From contig JACOQA010000005.1 in the NCBI GenBank assembly GCA_014297435.1, positions 1-62,909 on the forward strand: DNA of 62,909 nt. Direction: 5' to 3'. Made by a program: the position numbers and the translations under genes. Within the stretch, counting starts at the first letter, position 1. Each line of letters starts with the position of its first letter. This document shows, piece after piece, positions 29,056 to 39,261 of the stretch. This DNA is from Candidatus Nanohaloarchaea archaeon. GTDB lineage: Archaea; Nanohalarchaeota; Nanosalinia; Nanosalinales; Nanosalinaceae. Below the pieces are notes generated by a model. It was not told where the DNA came from and searched no databases. It worked only from the letters and a program-made list of their open reading frames with translations.

Positions 29056-30069
29056 TCAACTTGTTCCTGGTTCAAACTTCTTGAACGCCTCCGCAACTAG
29101 TAGAGGGAATACGAGTGTTGCTTCGGCTTCAACCTGTGTATAGTTTCTTTTCTCGTCCTCGACAATCTTGCCCCAGGAAACAGCCTCTTTCGGCGGAGCG
29201 CCTGAAAGACTTCCATCACCTTCCATACCTGTAGAGATGTAGGTCGCGTAGTCGGCTCCTCCCTTGAAAAGGTTGGACATGATCGCCTGGTGCTTCGGAA
29301 CTCCGTCTCCGACCGCTATAATACCTGTTTTCTCAGCTTCGACAGCTTCGTGGATCAAAGAGTCCCAGTCATCGAGTATCTCGATACCGATCTCCGGATC
29401 CTGCTCCTGTCTGTAATAGAACATGAAATCGCCGACCTCTGCATCAATCAAAGCAGGACAGTAAACAGGAATATCGTTGTCTGAGGAATGATAGATAAAC
29501 GAGTCGGATTCGTCAAGATCTTCGTCCTCGCCGACTTTCTTACCTAACTCGTCCGCAAACTCGCTCGGAGTCCGCATCTTCTTTTCCTCGAAAAACTCTG
29601 GGAAGAACTCTTCATTAAGCCAGCTTTCAAGCCAGACATAGTTATCAGACTCAACATAAATATTTCCTAAACGGTTGATACCGTTCTCCCTTAGCTTGGC
29701 TTCGTCAGCTTCCCAGTCGCCCATTTTGAAGTCGTGAGCTGTCTTGATAACATCTTCAGTATGCGAACCTGCGGAAGTGATAATAACATCGACGTAATCT
29801 TTGCGTGCGAGGTATGCTACAGCCTCTCTAAGCCCGGATGAAACAATATTTGACGTGAATGTAAGAAAAATCTTCGCATCATCCTCTCTCATCTGTTTTA
29901 TTATCTCAATAGCTTCTTTGAGGTGTGTGGCCTGGAAACCTGTTGTCTCGTATTTTTCAAGCATTTCTCCTAGATCAAAGTCTCCACGGAAGTCGTATCC
30001 TTCTGTTCTTTCTCCTTCGTGGTTCTCTTTGGTTCCTGGTAAAACATGATCGCGTGTTTCTTCCGTCAT
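29056..30069 (-). CDS. dys: Deoxyhypusine synthase
   Basis: TGFQAT, FTSNIVSSGLRE, NRLGNI, DGSLSGA..EAVSWGK. Confidence 0.95.
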   Translation of the reverse strand: MTEETRDHVLPGTKENHEGERTEGYDFRGDFDLGEMLEKYETTGFQATHLKEAIEIIKQMREDDAKIFLTFTSNIVSSGLREAVAYLARKDYVDVIITSAGSHTEDVIKTAHDFKMGDWEADEAKLRENGINRLGNIYVESDNYVWLESWLNEEFFPEFFEEKKMRTPSEFADELGKKVGEDEDLDESDSFIYHSSDNDIPVYCPALIDAEVGDFMFYYRQEQDPEIGIEILDDWDSLIHEAVEAEKTGIIAVGDGVPKHQAIMSNLFKGGADYATYISTGMEGDGSLSGAPPKEAVSWGKIVEDEKRNYTQVEAEATLVFPLLVAEAFKKFEPGTS

Positions 30070-30090
30070 ATAAGAGGTAGGGGTACTGAA

Positions 30091-30455
30091 TTATTTTAAA
30101 CTAGTAGAATGGTTTTTCCAAGCTTTGTAGATGTAAGTGGGTATGCTTAAACCGAAGCAGACAAGAGCCAGTATCCGTACCTCTAGAGTGCTCATAAGGT
30201 CGTACAAAGGTTTCTCCATCAAGGGGTAGAAAGGATGCATCGTTGGGTGATGGAAAGCTTCCAGAGTTATGTGGAGTATGACACCTGAGAAAGCCGCGGC
30301 TAAAACTGTTTTCTTCGAGAAGCTCTGTGGGATCTCGAACATGTCAGGAAACGATCGAAGTAAGGTCTCAAGTAGAACATCGTGGCTGCCAGAATCGCGA
30401 CCATGAGGAAGCTACCGAGGTAGGTGTGGACCCAGGAGTGCCTAGGTGGAGGTCA
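30091..30455 (-). pseudogene. Membrane-bound metal-dependent hydrolase-like gene, frameshifted and 5' truncated
   Basis: [11 protein letters not shown] in one frame, frameshift near 30342, then LHITLEAFHHPTMHPFYP; abuts TnpB remnant. Confidence 0.55.
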
Positions 30456-30469
30456 GAAGCCCAGAAAGA

Positions 30470-30755
<286 letters not shown>

Positions 30756-30849
30756 TCTTAAAGCTCATGTTCTCAGAGTAATTTAGTGTCAAGACCATGG
30801 GCTCGGTCTTGATGCAGAGAAGCCTGTAAAACTATTTAATCCCTTTGGA

Positions 30850-30923
30850 GGCCGATTAGCTCAGCCTGGGAGAGCGCTGCACTGAAGATGCAGTTGTCCT
30901 CGGTTCAAATCCGAGATCGGCCA
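30850..30923 (+). tRNA. tRNA-Phe(GAA)
   Basis: GGCCGAT/ATCGGCC acceptor; CTGCA-CTGAAGA-TGCAG anticodon arm; TTCAAAT T-loop. Confidence 0.96.
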
Positions 30924-30960
30924 ATCAGTTTAAGCTATTATCGTTCTTTAATCGAAAACT

Positions 30961-31262
30961 ATGCTTTTCAGGCTTTAAACGCTTCCAGAGGGAGAGAAAC
31001 TGTATTTGAAAGAAATCCGGGAGCCAGATATGAGTTGCCGGAAGGAGAAATTAATCTCTATAAGCACGAACCGGATCTTGAGGATTTGATACATCCTTTC
31101 AAGCCCTCAGAAGAGATAATTATAGAGTTTAGACCTGAGAATATGAAAAACGATTTACAGCTCTATGCGTGCGGGGACGAAGAAGCTTTTCAAGAAATGG
31201 ATAAAGATCTTCTAGAAAGATTAGATACTCTCGAATCGGATTATAGAAAGCAGATACTTTAG
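30961..31262 (+). CDS. Hypothetical protein, start uncertain (possibly pseudogene)
   Basis: 3' part of ORF 30888-31262 looks protein-like, but the listed start lies inside tRNA-Phe and ATG 30961 is out of frame. Confidence 0.35.
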
Positions 31263-31263
31263 T

Positions 31264-31470
31264 TTACCATGGATCGTGCTCGAATCCATGTTCTTCGGCG
31301 CGCTCGATCATGTCATCCTCGTCGAACTCGGAGCATGGAGCTTTCTGCCATTCCTCGAAGTCATCGTTGATCTTCGCTGTAGCTTCTGCCTCCTCTTTAC
31401 TCATAATCGAAACGTTAGCAGTATCGTCATTGTAGAGCTCGATTATCCAAAAGTTCTCTTCCTCTGCCAT
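31264..31470 (-). CDS. Small acidic hypothetical protein
   Basis: MAEEENFWIIELY...; strongly acidic, host-like codon use. Confidence 0.7.
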   Translation of the reverse strand: MAEEENFWIIELYNDDTANVSIMSKEEAEATAKINDDFEEWQKAPCSEFDEDDMIERAEEHGFEHDPW

Positions 31471-31502
31471 ACCCAAAAATTACTCCCGGACTTATTTATT
31501 AT

Positions 31503-32396
31503 TCAACGGGTTCCGATCTCCAGCTCAGAACTATTTGTGTAAGGTCTTCTAACATAAAGTCCTAGGCTGCCGGAAAGCCTGTCATCAAATCCTTTCGTAT
31601 CGAAAGGCGAATCATAAGTAACTCTCACGAGAGGCACATTCGGTACACTGAAAGCGAAGTTGGTTTCAACTTGGTCCATAAAGGTTCTCTGGTTGATTTC
31701 AGAACCTTCATCCTCGATCTCCGAATAACTCTCCGTGTTTGATACGAGGAAACTGCCTCTTGTCTGTACAGCCCTAAGAGTGTCAGGGCTACCTTCAACG
31801 TATTCCATTGAACTGAGTTCGCCGTAGCCTATAATTCCAAGCCCCGACTCTGTGGAAATGTAAGGATTAGAAAGTTCTAAGGTGTTATATTTTCCGCCTG
31901 ATGTCTGTTCTCCGTCGACGTAGACTGTTTCTGCATCAGTACTGACCTCTAGGGATATATTGTCTACAGTTTCTTTTTCCTCGCAAACCTGATATTTGAA
32001 ATGCCCTGGTTCGGCTACATGCGAGTCGGTTTTAGAGTGAAGTGAGAATATAGGGGTTTCACATGTTTTGTTAACCGAGGTCTCGAAACCGTCAACACAT
32101 ACATCCCATCGGTACTCGCCGAAAGTGGAGGCGTGAGAATCGTTTCTTTGGAACAATGAGATAACTGAGCTCTCTCCTGTTCTACAGCTATCTCGAATCT
32201 TTGCAGTTGAGACCTCTTCTCCGCAGACCTGATATTTAAAGTGTCCAGGTTCTGCAATGTTTCCGCCCTTTTTGTCCTTCAATGAGAAAAGGTTGACTTC
32301 TTGCGAATCACAGCTCTTTTCAATTGAAAAGGTTGGGGCTGCGGTTGTAAAACCTGCGAGCAGCAGCATAAACAGAGCCAGGGTTTCGAATTTCAC
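31503..32396 (-). CDS. Secreted Cys-rich repeat protein
   Basis: Signal peptide; three repeats of C....(F/I)SL.....(H/N)...G.(F/Y)...VC. Confidence 0.75.
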   Translation of the reverse strand: MKFETLALFMLLLAGFTTAAPTFSIEKSCDSQEVNLFSLKDKKGGNIAEPGHFKYQVCGEEVSTAKIRDSCRTGESSVISLFQRNDSHASTFGEYRWDVCVDGFETSVNKTCETPIFSLHSKTDSHVAEPGHFKYQVCEEKETVDNISLEVSTDAETVYVDGEQTSGGKYNTLELSNPYISTESGLGIIGYGELSSMEYVEGSPDTLRAVQTRGSFLVSNTESYSEIEDEGSEINQRTFMDQVETNFAFSVPNVPLVRVTYDSPFDTKGFDDRLSGSLGLYVRRPYTNSSELEIGTR

Positions 32397-32477
32397 ATTT
32401 TATACTTCGGCTTTCCAAGTTTTAACGCTTGCAGTTTTTCATCAAGTGTTTAAATCAGAGTGATAATATATAGATTT

Positions 32478-33011
32478 ATGAAAGCAAAAATTTTGTTGGC
32501 TTTTGTCATGGTTGTTTCGGTCGTAACGATAGCCGCGGCCCCTCAACCTGAGCAAAGCCATAATCTATCGGAGATAAAGCCTATTGACGTCGATTTCAAC
32601 ATGTCAAGAATGGACATCTTCAACGTTACGGAGCTAGATCTTTACTCCGGTCTAACTTTTACAGGCAACTGGATAAACACTCCTGGCGGACAGAACCTTA
32701 TAGGATGGGACCTCGCTAACACACAGCTAGAGTTGAAGAACGGCAACCTCAGCCTTGAAGGGAACCGCTTGGTAAACGTAGGTGGTATATCTGGATGTAC
32801 GGGTTCACAACTGGTTAAGGGGGACGGTGGATGTAAGTCTGCAGATTTATCCGTTTCTGATAACTGGGTTAATGAGACAGGGGATAACATGACAGGAAAC
32901 CTCAACATGAACGGGAACCAAATCAAAAACTCGACTATGGACAAGAGAGACTGTGCTTCAAACCCTCCAAGCAGAGTAGGTCAGATGGTCTACTGTACTA
33001 ATGCAGACTGA
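32478..33011 (+). CDS. HPLSQ-leader fibre-like secreted protein, copy 1
   Basis: Signal peptide; HNLSEIKPIDVDFNMSRMDIFNVTEL; WVNETGDNMTGNLNMNGN tail-fibre-like motif. Confidence 0.75.
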   Translation: MKAKILLAFVMVVSVVTIAAAPQPEQSHNLSEIKPIDVDFNMSRMDIFNVTELDLYSGLTFTGNWINTPGGQNLIGWDLANTQLELKNGNLSLEGNRLVNVGGISGCTGSQLVKGDGGCKSADLSVSDNWVNETGDNMTGNLNMNGNQIKNSTMDKRDCASNPPSRVGQMVYCTNAD

Positions 33012-33017
33012 TATGCT

Positions 33018-33230
33018 GTGAAAGATGAAAAATATAACCGTAGAAAATTTTTGAAGTTTCTAGGTCAGGGAACAGCTTTGCTCGGTCTAGCTTTATCGCC
33101 TTTAAGTCCGTTAAGTAGCATTCTAGATAATATTGGAGAGGGATCAGATCTAAACAATGTAGAGAAAGTTAGGCAAGATCCGCAAAATCCTTCCAAAGGC
33201 GACTTGTGGTTTAGAGAGGATTTAGCCTAA
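33018..33230 (+). CDS. Twin-arginine (Tat) signal microprotein ending in tail-fibre-like P..P..GDLW motif
   Basis: NRRKFLK plus hydrophobic stretch; C-terminus QDPQNPSKGDLWFREDLA. Confidence 0.75.
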   Translation: MKDEKYNRRKFLKFLGQGTALLGLALSPLSPLSSILDNIGEGSDLNNVEKVRQDPQNPSKGDLWFREDLA

Positions 33231-33962
33231 ATGAGCGAGTTAAATAGGCTTCTAATGCCTATGGTGGACGGAAAGCCGAAATACAAGGAAAGAGTCAGAA
33301 TTCTGTCGGTTAACCATAAAGTTGGAGAGGATTCTGTGGTTGTTGAGGTATCAGAGGATGATGAAAATCTGGAATGGCTTCTTCAAGCAAGAGATGTATA
33401 CGAACTTGATTATGACGGTTTTATAACTAATTCAGGTCCTGATGGACCTCCGGGGGACGGAAGAACGCCTTATAAGCCGAATGAGAAGGATAGAGATGCT
33501 ATGACCCAACGACCAGAAGGATACACTATTGATCAGATAGAGAATGTAGATCTTGAGCTAAGAAAGGTAAGGGAGGAGGATATGGCGCAGGATGATCTTT
33601 ACAGGCATTATGAAGCGTTAGAAAAGGACTGGGATCTATCTAATCCGAAAGTAATAATATTTAATACTGTGGTTAAAGGAGATAAAGTGGTTTTAGGTAA
33701 GATACGCTACATTTATTTCCCTAATGAGAACTTAATGACTTGTGACTTTATTTCTATTTCTAAACCTTATACAAAGACAAAAGTATTCCATAAAACTTAT
33801 GATTTTGGGCTTAAAAACCATCCAGGATATGAGGTGGAAGAGGAGCTTGTTTGCAGCTACTGCGATAAATCTAGGATTATTGATAGACTCAAGATGGATT
33901 ACGAAAAAATCCTGACTTTAGAAAATAAACAAAATATCTGTTGGTTCAGAAGACTGAGGTGA
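33231..33962 (+). CDS. Hypothetical cytoplasmic protein, possible GNAT-like C-terminal domain (paralog of 40518-41249)
   Basis: LGKIRYIYFP.ENLMTCDFISISKPY shared with paralog; no signal peptide. Confidence 0.65.
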   Translation: MSELNRLLMPMVDGKPKYKERVRILSVNHKVGEDSVVVEVSEDDENLEWLLQARDVYELDYDGFITNSGPDGPPGDGRTPYKPNEKDRDAMTQRPEGYTIDQIENVDLELRKVREEDMAQDDLYRHYEALEKDWDLSNPKVIIFNTVVKGDKVVLGKIRYIYFPNENLMTCDFISISKPYTKTKVFHKTYDFGLKNHPGYEVEEELVCSYCDKSRIIDRLKMDYEKILTLENKQNICWFRRLR

Positions 33963-33971
33963 TACCTTCTT

Positions 33972-36900
33972 ATGCCGGATGAGTCCTACAGTTATGACAC
34001 CAGTACAACAGTTCCTAATGATGCAGGAAAGGTAATAATAGAGGCATATGGCGCTCAAGGAGAATCCTCCAGCAGTGCTAATACTGATGGCGCTACGGCT
34101 CCTAAGACGGCAAGCGGTGGAAATGGAGGCATAATTAAAGTGGAGTATCCTGTAAACGGAGGAGAGACATTATACATTAGGACGGAGGGAGGAGGAAATG
34201 CTGGCAGCACATATGTATCATCAAGTAAATATGTTGATAACCCGGGTTATGTCTATGGTGCAGGCGGAGGTAACGCAGCAGATGTAAGACTTGGTGGAAG
34301 TTCATTATACGACAGGATTGTTGTGGCTGGAGGTGGGGGTGGCGGAGGTTCAGCTTCTACAGGCGCTGATACTTCGGGTTATACATCAGGTGGTGGGGCT
34401 GGAGGAGCCTTACAAGGCGAAGATGCTAATGGCTCATCACCTTCTGGAGGGGGTGGTGGAACTCAGAACTCTGGAGGTTCAGCAGGGAAAGCAGGATATC
34501 ATATTGAGTTAGATGGTAAAAGCGATGGAAGTTCGGGTTCACTAGGCAGTGGAGCTAGTGGATCAAGTCAGGGGACTGATGCCTTTGGTGGTGGGGGTGG
34601 CGGAGGTTACTATGGCGGAGGTTCAGGAGCCGCTCAATACTACTTCAATACAGGTAGTAGTACATACTGGGGGAGAGGAGGAGGTGGTGGATCAAATTAC
34701 TGCGATAGTTCAGGCAATATAATACAGAACCAGCGTGGAGGATCTACAGGATCCGCATCTGTATCTCTAACATGGATTACTCCGCCTAACTCTCCATCCA
34801 GTCTTTCAACTAGTTTCAATAATGGCTCAGTTTCTTTATCGTGGTCTTCGCCTGGAGATTGGGGAGGTGAGACAGGAAGCTATAAGATTTATAGAGGTAA
34901 TTCAAGTGGAAACTACTCTCAGATAGGTACTACTTCGTCCACCTCCTTTACAGATAACAATCCCCTAAATGGTACAAATTACTACGTTGTTAGAGCGACG
35001 AATTCAGTCGGTGACTCTTCATACTCGAATGAGGCTACAGCCACAACGGTGACAGCGCCTTCATCGCCTTCAGGTATTTCTCTTACTGTTAATTCTAATG
35101 ATCAGATAGCTGCTTCGTGGTCTTCCCCTTCAGATTGGGGAGGCGATCAGGGCAATTACCGTGTCCAGATTAACAGGGATGGTAATGGTTGGGTTAACCC
35201 GTCTGGAGGGAATACAACTCCCGGTTCTGGTACTACTTCTGCTAGTTATGGTCCAAATTCGGATAACTCATACAATTCTCAAGTAGGTATCGATTCCAGT
35301 TTCCGTTTCAGAGTCAGAGCTGAAAACTCGGCTGGGAGCTCTGGCTGGACCTACTCTGAGACGGTTTATACAACTCCGACAGCTCCGAAAAAACCTTCTG
35401 TTAACAGGTCTGATGCGAATACTGTTGAAATTTCTTGGACGTCGAACACGGATTTAGGAACGGATGGAAGGACGGATATCGAGTACCGTGAGGATACAGG
35501 TTCAGGGTATAATGGATGGTCAAATGTTGAAACAATCTCTGCGTCAGCTAAAGGAACTCGAAGGACTAGGACCTATAGCGTGTCTTCTGATGGTTTCATG
35601 CAGGAAGACGCCCGTTACCAGTTCAGGCTGGCTCACTACCTTTACCAGGATACGGATGGCGACGGCAATAACACACTATGGGAATCGCCTTACGTCTATG
35701 CTGACTACGGCAATCAGGATAACCTTTATTTTGAGGATGACTTTGAATCAGGAGATCTTTCGAACTGGGATTCTAACAACTTGGCAGGTGATACCGGTGT
35801 AAAGTCAGGTTCCGGACCAGCTGATTTAACGATTAGCGGAGCTGATTCAGGAAGTAACTACTTCTACGGTGAAGGTGTTAATTCGAATGAAGGTACATGG
35901 ATTCAGAAAAACCTTGGCGATCTCTCCTCCGGGTCAGATGTTTTGGTTAGATGTGCTTTCGCCACAGCTTCCCTGGACAGCAACACCGAGGACTTCGGCG
36001 TAAAGTGGTATGATGGCTCTTCATGGAGAAACCTACGACATGTAGGACAGGAATACAATAGACAGGGTTGGTTCGAGTTCCATGCTCTTGTACCTCCATC
36101 ATATCTGTCAAGTGACAGTAGAATCAGGGTAGGAACAACCACACAAGGCGGAATGTATGGAGGCGATTACTATGCCGTTGATCGAGTAATTGTTTCAGAT
36201 GTGCTTCATGAGTATACGAAACCTGCTGCGCCCTCGAGCGTAACGGTTGTAGGTGAGAATGCTTCTGGAACCGTCGATGGCAAACAAACTCCCACAATGA
36301 CTATTGATTGGACAGCAAATCAGTCACATCCTATGACCTTTGACAAGGAGTGGCGGAAGTCAAGCTCATCCTCATGGGATAATACCGAGTGGGGTGGCGG
36401 CAAACCATACAAGATACCAGAGTCGAATAATCCAAAGCTTCTGCATGGGGAAGAGTACGAGATAAGAGTAGGAGGTTTTTACCGACAGTACAGACATGGA
36501 TCTAGAAATAATAAGTGGTGGTCAAACTGGTCCTCTACTATTACTGAGGTAACACCTCTACCAGCTCCATCAGGGGTTTCTGCCTCTGTGGTTGCAAACG
36601 ATCAGATAGACTTGTCCTGGAACGATAACATTAACAACGGAAACTATCACGTCCAGATAAACAGGGATGGTACAGGTTATGTAGATCCGTCAGGAGGAAC
36701 AACTTTGGTCAGTCAAAACACGTCCAGCTCAAGCTATACTCCATCTAGTTCAGGAGGAAGTTCGAAGGATTACGATGCCAACGTTGGTATAGACTCCACA
36801 TTCAGCTTCAGAGTGAGATCGGAGACAGAGCACACTAATTCGTCTTGGAACTCTTCGTCAAAAGTTTACACTCGACCAGTTCCGCCCGGTAATGTAACGG

Positions 36901-38180
36901 TAAATAGACCTGACGCTGTCACAGTTGAGATCTCCTGGGATAATGAGACTAATTACTACGAAGGCGTGGATCTATACTACCGAAAAGACGCCGGATCAGG
37001 ATATGGCAACTGGAAAAAGGATACAAACTATCTAAGCCCGGTTTCATCCATAACTGTCGACACAAGCAAATCCTGGTTCGAGAAGAACGCACGTTACCAG
37101 TTCCGTATCTGGTACTATCAGTCCTATAACGATGGTTCAGGTAATTACTGGCATTCAGACTTTTCATATGCAGATTATGGTAATGAAAATAATGTCTACT
37201 TTGAGGATGATTTCTCCTCTGGAGATGACTCTGCATGGACCTCTTCAACTTACGGTGTAGGGGGGGTGGTTAGCAGCTTAAGCACTGACTTCTCGAACGG
37301 AGAGACAAGTCCTCAGAGCGGCGGTTATGCAGTAGAGTTCGGGGATTCAGGCAATCTACAGAAAGACTTGGGAGATATGTCTGGGGAATCTGACGTCCAT
37401 GTCCGTGTCAGAGTTCAAACCGCCTCAAACGATGTTGATAGTGAAAGAGGAGATGTCTGGTGGTATGATGGATCAACCTGGCAGAACTTGAAGCAGTTTA
37501 TGTGGGAGCTTGACGGTCAGGGCTGGATGGAATACCACATACCTGTTCCGGATTCCTATCTCTCAACCGACAACAAGATTAGAATCGGTCGAGATGAAGG
37601 AGGAGGAGCTGACTGGGTAGCATTTGACAAGATCATAGTATCGGACATTCTCCACGAATATACTATGCCTAGTGCCCCAACTAACCTAGTTTCTAAATCG
37701 ACCGGTATAGACTCCTTAGAACTTTCATGGACGGATAATGCTAACTTCGAGGACAGGTACGAAATATTTTACAGGCAGCAGGGTGCTTCAACTTGGACGA
37801 AAGATCATAATGAACCGACAAACTCCGAAAGCGCTGTTATAAATGGGCTTCCGATAAACACACGTTTTGAGCTTAGGACTCGTGAGGTTGTGGAGCAGTT
37901 TAGAAACGGTTCAGTCAATAGTTGGTGGTACCACGACAACTTACATCCAAACATCTCAACCGCTTTAGCAGAAACCCTGGTCAATACTCCATCCGCTAAT
38001 GTGAAGGTTCCAGTATTCGATTTGCAGGATGTTCAGAGAGATTTCATGAGAACGAAGACTCCTAACGGGATCGGAGCATTGAACTTTGCTCCGCTGAATG
38101 ACGCAGACCTAGATCAGATAAGAGTATACACTGAAAGTTATGGAACTCTCGGTCTGAAAAGTGAGACTGAGAACAACTAG
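33972..38180 (+). CDS. Glycine-rich domain + FN3 + duplicated lectin-like domain protein (1402 aa), no signal peptide
   Basis: IEAYGAQG...RIVVAGGGGGGG...GGGGGYYGGG...GGGGSNY (ALK/LTK-type glycine-rich); several FN3; two YFEDDF domains. Confidence 0.82.
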   Translation: MPDESYSYDTSTTVPNDAGKVIIEAYGAQGESSSSANTDGATAPKTASGGNGGIIKVEYPVNGGETLYIRTEGGGNAGSTYVSSSKYVDNPGYVYGAGGGNAADVRLGGSSLYDRIVVAGGGGGGGSASTGADTSGYTSGGGAGGALQGEDANGSSPSGGGGGTQNSGGSAGKAGYHIELDGKSDGSSGSLGSGASGSSQGTDAFGGGGGGGYYGGGSGAAQYYFNTGSSTYWGRGGGGGSNYCDSSGNIIQNQRGGSTGSASVSLTWITPPNSPSSLSTSFNNGSVSLSWSSPGDWGGETGSYKIYRGNSSGNYSQIGTTSSTSFTDNNPLNGTNYYVVRATNSVGDSSYSNEATATTVTAPSSPSGISLTVNSNDQIAASWSSPSDWGGDQGNYRVQINRDGNGWVNPSGGNTTPGSGTTSASYGPNSDNSYNSQVGIDSSFRFRVRAENSAGSSGWTYSETVYTTPTAPKKPSVNRSDANTVEISWTSNTDLGTDGRTDIEYREDTGSGYNGWSNVETISASAKGTRRTRTYSVSSDGFMQEDARYQFRLAHYLYQDTDGDGNNTLWESPYVYADYGNQDNLYFEDDFESGDLSNWDSNNLAGDTGVKSGSGPADLTISGADSGSNYFYGEGVNSNEGTWIQKNLGDLSSGSDVLVRCAFATASLDSNTEDFGVKWYDGSSWRNLRHVGQEYNRQGWFEFHALVPPSYLSSDSRIRVGTTTQGGMYGGDYYAVDRVIVSDVLHEYTKPAAPSSVTVVGENASGTVDGKQTPTMTIDWTANQSHPMTFDKEWRKSSSSSWDNTEWGGGKPYKIPESNNPKLLHGEEYEIRVGGFYRQYRHGSRNNKWWSNWSSTITEVTPLPAPSGVSASVVANDQIDLSWNDNINNGNYHVQINRDGTGYVDPSGGTTLVSQNTSSSSYTPSSSGGSSKDYDANVGIDSTFSFRVRSETEHTNSSWNSSSKVYTRPVPPGNVTVNRPDAVTVEISWDNETNYYEGVDLYYRKDAGSGYGNWKKDTNYLSPVSSITVDTSKSWFEKNARYQFRIWYYQSYNDGSGNYWHSDFSYADYGNENNVYFEDDFSSGDDSAWTSSTYGVGGVVSSLSTDFSNGETSPQSGGYAVEFGDSGNLQKDLGDMSGESDVHVRVRVQTASNDVDSERGDVWWYDGSTWQNLKQFMWELDGQGWMEYHIPVPDSYLSTDNKIRIGRDEGGGADWVAFDKIIVSDILHEYTMPSAPTNLVSKSTGIDSLELSWTDNANFEDRYEIFYRQQGASTWTKDHNEPTNSESAVINGLPINTRFELRTREVVEQFRNGSVNSWWYHDNLHPNISTALAETLVNTPSANVKVPVFDLQDVQRDFMRTKTPNGIGALNFAPLNDADLDQIRVYTESYGTLGLKSETENN

Positions 38181-38221
38181 TTCTCGAATAGTTTTTAATC
38201 AGTGATGAGAACCTAGTTATT

Positions 38222-38569
38222 ATGTCTGAAAAAATCTTTTTGGTTTTAATTTTGCTGTTGTCTGCGGCAGCTGTAACAGCCCCGGCTTCAGAGCCTAGAC
38301 ATCCTCTTTCTCAGGTTTATCCGGTAGACGCCGATCTTAATATGTCGCATCAGGATATCTTCAACGTTACAGAGCTGGATCTTTATTCTGGCTTGGTTTT
38401 CTCCGGAAATAAAATCCAAACTGCTGGTAACGCGAACCTAATTCTATGGAATAACGTGAAAAATAGAATTGATTTGAGTCAAAACGTAAACACCGAGGGA
38501 AACAATATAAATCTGAGCGGAGGCAGCTTGACATCCCAAAAAGAGATATGTGTTGGCAACCAGTGCTAG
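38222..38569 (+). CDS. HPLSQ-leader fibre-like secreted protein, copy 2
   Basis: Signal peptide; RHPLSQVYPVDADLNMSHQDIFNVTEL; ends EICVGNQC. Confidence 0.75.
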   Translation: MSEKIFLVLILLLSAAAVTAPASEPRHPLSQVYPVDADLNMSHQDIFNVTELDLYSGLVFSGNKIQTAGNANLILWNNVKNRIDLSQNVNTEGNNINLSGGSLTSQKEICVGNQC

Positions 38570-39250
38570 GTGAACGAAATGGAAGATATTGAAGATATCG
38601 TTGATGATGAAGAAACTGCCCGTAAACTCGAAGAAATTATTGAGATGAAAGTAGAGGATAAGCTAAATTCAACTAGAGATGATACTACTCGAGAGGATAT
38701 TTCAGAGAGCGGTTTTTCTCGAAGACAGTTCTTGAAGAAACTGAGTTACGGTGTTTTAGGCATAAGCGCTCTTTCAGTCCCTGTCTCCGGATTTGATGTA
38801 AAATCCTCTGACGGCTTAGAAGTATTTACGAACGCAAAAAAACATTTTGACGTAAATCCGGGAGGTCCTGTCAGTATCAAAAGCGCAAATCTAAACATGA
38901 ACCAGGGAGAGATCAATAGTGCTTCAAACATAAGTTTCGCAAATAATGAGAAAGGCGACTATGATGAGGACGGTTTACTTTACTGGGACAAATCGGCAGG
39001 TCTTTACATAAAGAGCAGTAACTCTTCCGGTTCAGAAACAGGAGGCAGACTCCAGTGGAGCGGAGCAAACGTTACCGCAGGAAACCAGATAAATGTTAGC
39101 TACAGTGGCGAAGATCATCCAACTATTTCAGTTAACGATGGTGCGGGAAGCGGTTTAGATGCAGACAAGATAAAGAACAATCATATTTATGTCCAGTCAA
39201 GTCAACCATCAAGTCCCACTACAAATGACATATGGGTAGATACGAGTTAG
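38570..39250 (+). CDS. Twin-arginine (Tat) signal protein with phage tail-fibre motifs
   Basis: FSRRQFLKKL plus hydrophobic region; DGAGSGLDADKI; C-terminus IYVQSSQPSSPTTNDIWVDTS. Confidence 0.8.
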   Translation: MNEMEDIEDIVDDEETARKLEEIIEMKVEDKLNSTRDDTTREDISESGFSRRQFLKKLSYGVLGISALSVPVSGFDVKSSDGLEVFTNAKKHFDVNPGGPVSIKSANLNMNQGEINSASNISFANNEKGDYDEDGLLYWDKSAGLYIKSSNSSGSETGGRLQWSGANVTAGNQINVSYSGEDHPTISVNDGAGSGLDADKIKNNHIYVQSSQPSSPTTNDIWVDTS

Positions 39251-39261
39251 AGGCGGTTTAG

